Shown in pieces: positions 59,692 through 64,000 of a stretch of 64,000 bases of DNA (positions are counted from its first letter, which is position 1; every line of letters starts with the position of its first letter). The position numbers and the translations under genes were made by a program. The stretch covers positions 740 to 64,739 of the forward strand of contig DFGC01000010.1 of the NCBI GenBank assembly GCA_002371155.1, given 5' to 3'. Origin of the DNA: Alphaproteobacteria bacterium UBA3760 (GTDB lineage Bacteria > Pseudomonadota > Alphaproteobacteria > Rs-D84). The notes below the pieces were generated by a model. The model did not search any database. It was not told the origin of the DNA and saw only the letters and a program-made list of their open reading frames with translations.

Positions 59692-60003
59692 TTATTCAAA
59701 CCAAATTTCAACACGATCGTCCCCAGATATCGTCCCGGACGATGTTTTAACGGGAATTGTCACCTCGCTTTTTGATACGGTCACGGTTCCGTTATTCGCA
59801 GTGACCCCGGTCACAATCGCCCCCGTCCCAGATTCAACAACATTTGTTGATGTCAATTTGTCTTGTTTTGTTGCGTCCATATGGTTGTATGCACCATCAA
59901 CATATGATGCCGCCGCAACCACAGACGATTTGTCCACTTCGCCCGCGGCAAACGCCGGGATGACCAAGAATATTGCAACAAAAACACAAAGCAACTCTCT
60001 CAT
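59692..60003 (-). CDS. Small secreted fibre-like protein
   Basis: Signal peptide MRELLCVFVAIFLVIPAFA, then ASYVDGAYNHMDATKQDKL and T/V/G/S-rich beta-like repeats. Confidence 0.6.
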   Translation of the reverse strand: MRELLCVFVAIFLVIPAFAAGEVDKSSVVAAASYVDGAYNHMDATKQDKLTSTNVVESGTGAIVTGVTANNGTVTVSKSEVTIPVKTSSGTISGDDRVEIWFE

Positions 60004-60091
60004 ATCGTATAAAAAAATCTGGAAATTTTATCGAACATCATTATACACGATATTGATAAAATTGTCCAGATTAAAAATTAATATTTTATTA

Positions 60092-61141
60092 TTAGTTTGC
60101 CTTGTATGTGACCGTTCCTGCCGAAATCGTGGCTGTTTTGTCTGATGTATTGCCGGTCAATCCGGTAACGGCCTGGGTTTGTGTCAAATCAACATTGGCC
60201 AAAATCTTGTCTGTTGCCGGTGTATCAGACCCCCATGTGTCCATAACGGTAATCTTGGCATTTGCCGTGCCGGTAACCGCACCCGTTTGAACCCCCAATC
60301 CGCTAAGGTCATATGTCACCGTTGCACCATTTACCGCCGCCGCAGCAGTTGCCGCCGCGCCTGTCGTTGTTGCATAGTTGCCAGACAAACCGTCGATTGC
60401 CGTTCTAACCGCTTTTTCGGTCACCAATTTATTTTCACTCGCGTTGGCAGCGTCTGCGGCAATTGAATTAACAACTGTGCCGGTCTTGAAATTGTCGGTC
60501 TCTAAATTACTGATGGTTGTGGAATCTGCATCGATTGTGCCACCGGTAATCGTTGCACCCGAAACCGTCCCACCAGAAATCGCTGCATTTTGAACCGTGC
60601 CACCGGAAATATTTTTGTTTGTCAATGTCTGTGTCCCGGTTTCTGTGACCATGCCATTGATTGCGGTTGCGACGGCTTTCTCGGTCACCAATTTTTCATC
60701 AGATGCAGTGGTATCGGTTTTGATACCCGCCGATGTTGCCAATGCGGCACTGTTGAAATTATCTGTTTCCAAATTGGTAATAGAATTTCCCGTGCCATTC
60801 GCATCAATTGTTTTGTTGGTCAATGTTGCCTTGCCATCTGCGGTCAATGCCCCAGATGCGGTTTCCGAAACTTTATTGATTGCACGGATTGCCGCGTTAT
60901 ATGCACCCTTGACATATCCAGCCGTTGCGACATTGCCGTCATTTTGACCCTCGAGTGCCAACGCATATTTTGGACCATCACCCGCAGTGACGTTATCCGC
61001 CGTCTGGACAGCCGCCTGTTCCACTGGGACCTTGGTAATATTGGTTGGCGCGCCGGGGACAATCTCGCCCACGGCCGCATTTGCCGCCATCGGTAAAATC
61101 GCCAAAGCCGCAATAACCGAAATATTCAAAAATTTTTTCAT
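60092..61141 (-). CDS. Secreted repeat-containing fibre/adhesin-like protein
   Basis: Start ATG 61141 has GGAGAG upstream (the track start at 61156 is TTG). Signal peptide present. TAGYVKGAYNAAI, and two internal modules each with TLTNK..., (I/S)(T/S)NLETDNF and (E/N)KLVTEKAV.TAI.G. Confidence 0.7.
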   Translation of the reverse strand: MKKFLNISVIAALAILPMAANAAVGEIVPGAPTNITKVPVEQAAVQTADNVTAGDGPKYALALEGQNDGNVATAGYVKGAYNAAIRAINKVSETASGALTADGKATLTNKTIDANGTGNSITNLETDNFNSAALATSAGIKTDTTASDEKLVTEKAVATAINGMVTETGTQTLTNKNISGGTVQNAAISGGTVSGATITGGTIDADSTTISNLETDNFKTGTVVNSIAADAANASENKLVTEKAVRTAIDGLSGNYATTTGAAATAAAAVNGATVTYDLSGLGVQTGAVTGTANAKITVMDTWGSDTPATDKILANVDLTQTQAVTGLTGNTSDKTATISAGTVTYKAN

Positions 61142-61158
61142 TCTCGTTCTCTCCAATC

Positions 61159-61198
61159 GTTTGTTTGTTTGTTTGTTTGTTTGTTTGTTTGTTTGTTT
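61159..61198. repeat. Tetranucleotide microsatellite (GTTT)10, i.e. (AAAC)10 on the coding strand of the downstream gene
   Basis: Ten perfect tandem units counted in the sequence. They end 18 nt upstream of the ATG at 61141, immediately 5' of its RBS. Confidence 0.98.
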
Positions 61199-61275
61199 GA
61201 CCGTTTTTATTTAACTACATTATATCACAAAACGGGTTCTAAAAAAAACGATATAATGCATAAATTTTTACTTTT

Positions 61276-61746
61276 TTATGGTTTCAAGAATCCTGAATCC
61301 CAACTGTCTTCAACTTCGACGGCTTGCCACGAACCAACACCGTTTGCATCGGTTTTGAAAACATATGTTGCGTTGTTTTCGGTTTCACCCAAATTCAGCC
61401 CGACAACATTTTTTCCGTCTTGTGTTTTGGTTATTTCGATACCTGTCCCATCAGTGTATTCCTGAGCATTGTTAATGTTAGTTATCGCGGTTTTCAATTC
61501 ACTAATTGCACCGGTGACGGTTTCTGCCTTTGTCCCCATTGCGGTATCGCCAACCTTGTCGGATATTGCTTTGGCATCATCCTTGGCGGATTTATACACA
61601 TATTGCAAACCTTCATCTACATACCCCTTGGTCGTCAATGCCGCCGCCGTTGCATCCGGTTGACTAACGGGGTCATCTGCGTATGCTGCGCCGACCGAAA
61701 CCGCTGATATTGATGCCATCAAAGTCCATAAAACGCTTTTCTTCAT
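61276..61746 (-). CDS. Secreted fibre-like protein
   Basis: Signal peptide, TKGYVDEGLQYVYKS, YTDGTGIEITKTQDGKNVVGLNL, and a C-terminal SWDSGFLKP. Confidence 0.65.
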   Translation of the reverse strand: MKKSVLWTLMASISAVSVGAAYADDPVSQPDATAAALTTKGYVDEGLQYVYKSAKDDAKAISDKVGDTAMGTKAETVTGAISELKTAITNINNAQEYTDGTGIEITKTQDGKNVVGLNLGETENNATYVFKTDANGVGSWQAVEVEDSWDSGFLKP

Positions 61747-61782
61747 CTATTTCTCCTCCATTTTTTTGTTCATTTAATTTTT

Positions 61783-62406
61783 TTATTGTAATAAAAATCC
61801 TGGGTCAAAATTATGCACGACATTTGCGCCGGGAATTTGACTGATTTTTTGGTTCAGATTATCGATTTCTTGATTTATTTCGTCAATTTCGTTTGGCAAA
61901 GTCATGATTTCATCAGTCAAACTAATTGTTTTGCCGTCAAAAACGATACCGTCCCCAGATTCTAAATTTTCTTGTTTTGTAGATATTTCCGTTTCTAAAT
62001 CCGTAACGCGTTGCGCCAAATCCAATGTGGCGGGACTGTCAATCACGGGTTGTTGTTGCTGTTGTTGCTGTTGCGCAGAACTTGTTGATAACTTGGAACT
62101 CAATCCCTTGATAACACTATTATGCAGGGCGGACAACCGCATCGAATTATTGTTGTTGACCGGTTTTTCTGCAACACTTATCGAATTGTTTGTGTTTGTC
62201 GGTGTGCTTGACAATCCAAACGCACGCACAGACGATGCGCGCGGACTCGCCGGTAATTTGGTCAGGCTTGTTTTGTTGATATTATTTTGGGTGTTATTGG
62301 TTGTGTTGATGCCAAATTTTTTTACTGTTGGCGCTGCGAACACCTGGGATGCCGACATACCCAAAATAACCGACACAAACATCAAAAACATCGCGCTTTG
62401 ACGCAA
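61783..62406 (-). CDS. Secreted coiled-coil/fibre-like protein with poly-Gln tract
   Basis: TTG start at 62406 is preceded by AAGGAG at 6 nt. Signal peptide, N/T/S-rich region, Q8, heptad-like LDLAQRVTDLETEISTKQENL, GDGIVFDGKTISL, and a C-terminal NFDPGFLLQ. Confidence 0.6.
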   Translation of the reverse strand: MRQSAMFLMFVSVILGMSASQVFAAPTVKKFGINTTNNTQNNINKTSLTKLPASPRASSVRAFGLSSTPTNTNNSISVAEKPVNNNNSMRLSALHNSVIKGLSSKLSTSSAQQQQQQQQPVIDSPATLDLAQRVTDLETEISTKQENLESGDGIVFDGKTISLTDEIMTLPNEIDEINQEIDNLNQKISQIPGANVVHNFDPGFLLQ

Positions 62407-62528
62407 TATGAACTCCTTTGTGTGTTGTATTATATCATAAAAATGCCTTAAAAATAGTGTTGCGATAAATATAATTTTAATATTTTATGCTTGACTTTCG
62501 GCTTTTTGTTGGAAACCCCGAAATATTA

Positions 62529-62557
62529 TTGAATTTATTTTTTGTGGTTATTATAAT
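62529..62557 (+). promoter_or_regulatory. Candidate sigma-70 promoter for the OMP gene
   Basis: TTGAAT, 17 nt, TATAAT. Located about 30 nt upstream of the start. Confidence 0.5.
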
Positions 62558-62589
62558 GATTTTCGTCATATGGTTATAGGGAGATGTTT

Positions 62590-63279
62590 ATGAAAAAAAT
62601 TCTTTTGTTCTTGTGTATGGTTTTTATTACAAATACCGCCAATGCCCGGGTTGAATATTACGCGTCGGCAAAATTTGGGTTGGGGGACACAACAATATAT
62701 TTGGATGGCGATACCAATTTGGGTGATTGGTTGGTCCAAGAATCTGAACATAATACCGGACTCGATGGATTTAATTATGATGCGTCGGGATTGTTATTTG
62801 AAATATCTCCGGCGGTTGGCATTGATTGGAGCATGAATAATACATACGGCACAAAAAGCAAATATGGTTGGTTTCATCTGCGGTTAGAGGGCGAAATCGG
62901 ATACAATCATTATAATGAGAAAGGAGACCTAAAATATTTTTATGCGGTTACCGATAAAACAAAAATCAGTTTTAATCAAATGTTTATATTGACGAACGGA
63001 TATATGGATTTTCATATTGATAACATTATTCCGTATGTTGGTGCGGGAATTGGATATGGTTTTGGCAACCAAGATGTGACATTGGAAAATGAATTTGGCG
63101 AATTCAATGATTCTGGGTCAGATGACGGAATAATTTATGCATTGCATTTGGGTATGGCATATAAATATTCCGATATAACAACATTCGATTTAGGATTCCG
63201 TCGCGTTTGGGCACCAACCACGGACGACGGCAAATATGTTTTTGATTCTGTGCGTTTTGGGGCGCGGTTCCGGATATAA
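62590..63279 (+). CDS. Small outer-membrane beta-barrel protein (OmpA-beta-barrel/opacity-like)
   Basis: Start ATG 62590 lies 6 nt after AGGGAG. Signal peptide MKKILLFLCMVFITNTANA, about 8 amphipathic strands, and a terminal VRFGARFRI. Confidence 0.65.
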   Translation: MKKILLFLCMVFITNTANARVEYYASAKFGLGDTTIYLDGDTNLGDWLVQESEHNTGLDGFNYDASGLLFEISPAVGIDWSMNNTYGTKSKYGWFHLRLEGEIGYNHYNEKGDLKYFYAVTDKTKISFNQMFILTNGYMDFHIDNIIPYVGAGIGYGFGNQDVTLENEFGEFNDSGSDDGIIYALHLGMAYKYSDITTFDLGFRRVWAPTTDDGKYVFDSVRFGARFRI

Positions 63280-63303
63280 ATCAACAACATAAATTGTGAT
63301 AAT

Positions 63304-63339
63304 AAAACGGGCAAGTTCATGATATATCTGCCCGTTTTT
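63304..63339 (+). terminator. Rho-independent terminator
   Basis: AAAACGGGCA...TGCCCGTTTT 10-bp stem with a 15-nt loop, then a T-run. Confidence 0.7.
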
Positions 63340-63488
63340 ATATCGATACAATTACTCAGTTTATTGTTGTTTTTTATACAATGTGATATATGGCAATTTG
63401 TCCATGTTTACATAGTTAAACATTCTGTAGTTTGGTCTTTTTGTACTGGGCGATAAAGTATATTTTTTTAAATGAGATTTTGGAAGAT

Positions 63489-64000
63489 ATGGATAAAGCA
63501 TATGTTCGTAGATTTTCGGTTGCGCTGGAAGTATCTAACCCAGATGAACGTGCAAAAATTAATGCGTGGAAACGTGTGTTTCAAAAGTACGATATGGAAA
63601 TTTCTGACGAAGATATCAAAGGGTTGATAAATAAATATCAGGTTCCAATATCTATGATTGAAACGGCTGTCAAAAATGCAAAAATCGTGAACAATATCAA
63701 TTTCGTTGATTATACTTTGGAACATTTAACAATGGCTATGACTGGCAAAGTAAAGAGACAGAAAAAGTCAAACAGTGTAAAATTTAATACAAAACTGTTG
63801 AATACGGATATTGATTTAGAAAAATTAGCAAATCAAATCAATAACAAGAAATTGCATAATTTTTCGTTATGCCTTTATGGTGCGCCTGGAACCGGAAAAA
63901 CAGCTTTTTGTGAACATTTGGCGGACTTGTTAGGATTAAATATAATAAAAAAACGTGCAAGCGATATAAATAGTAAATGGGTTGGTGAAACCGAACAAAA
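63489..64000 (+). CDS. AAA+ ATPase, 5' part (continues beyond window)
   Basis: Not in the ORF track because no stop is reached. The frame is open from the stop at 63417-63419, and the first ATG is 63489. Walker A in FSLCLYGAPGTGKTAFCEHLADLLG, followed by SKWVGETEQ. Confidence 0.7.
   Translation, partial: MDKAYVRRFSVALEVSNPDERAKINAWKRVFQKYDMEISDEDIKGLINKYQVPISMIETAVKNAKIVNNINFVDYTLEHLTMAMTGKVKRQKKSNSVKFNTKLLNTDIDLEKLANQINNKKLHNFSLCLYGAPGTGKTAFCEHLADLLGLNIIKKRASDINSKWVGETEQ

Noticed and set aside
60987-61465. Plus-strand ORFs that read through the microsatellite as FVCLFVCLFVCL
   Set aside because: This is an artefact of translating (GTTT)n. The ORFs overlap well-supported minus-strand genes and have no start signals.
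62050-62073. Poly-Gln-encoding CAA/CAG tract as a second phase-variable repeat
   Set aside because: The tract is imperfect (mixed TTG/CTG units on the plus strand) and in frame. Slippage would therefore be rarer and would only change the Gln number.

Overview
This is an AT-rich bacterial chromosome segment. Its gene content looks alphaproteobacterial (rpoH, olsB/olsA-like genes, ihfA, mraZ, virB-type genes), but that taxonomy is inference only. The housekeeping backbone contains ligA, lspA, yidC, lpxD, rpoH, the full tRNA-Trp-secE-nusG-rplK-rplA-rplJ-rplL-rpoB-rpoC block, rpmF-plsX, mraZ, ihfA, hemW, proS, ldh, cvpA and a U32 peptidase. secE and rpmF are under 60 aa, so they are missing from the ORF track. 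The accessory content is as follows. (1) A self-contained virB8-virB9-virB10 operon (12.4-17.2 kb), in which VirB9 ends in a SPOR-like domain and VirB10 is 795 aa with a 206-aa Cys-rich tail. No other type IV secretion genes occur in the window. (2) A cluster at 58.7-62.4 kb of tail-fibre-like proteins that carry Sec signal peptides. One of them sits directly behind a (GTTT)10 microsatellite. (3) An apparently leaderless four-gene operon at 49.5-52.2 kb, encoding a glycine-zipper exoprotein, an S1 serine protease with a Cys-rich tail, and two small paralogous lipoproteins. (4) Several large Cys-rich secreted proteins and five beta-barrel outer-membrane protein genes. (5) Tandem olsB-like paralogues that share a near-identical 146-nt core. 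(6) A duplicated tRNA-Arg 3' end and flank, with an internally deleted tRNA relic. (7) A lone mraZ with no dcw genes behind it. I saw no transposase, integrase, CRISPR array or rRNA. All family assignments rest on motifs read from the translations and on remembered family features; no searches were run.
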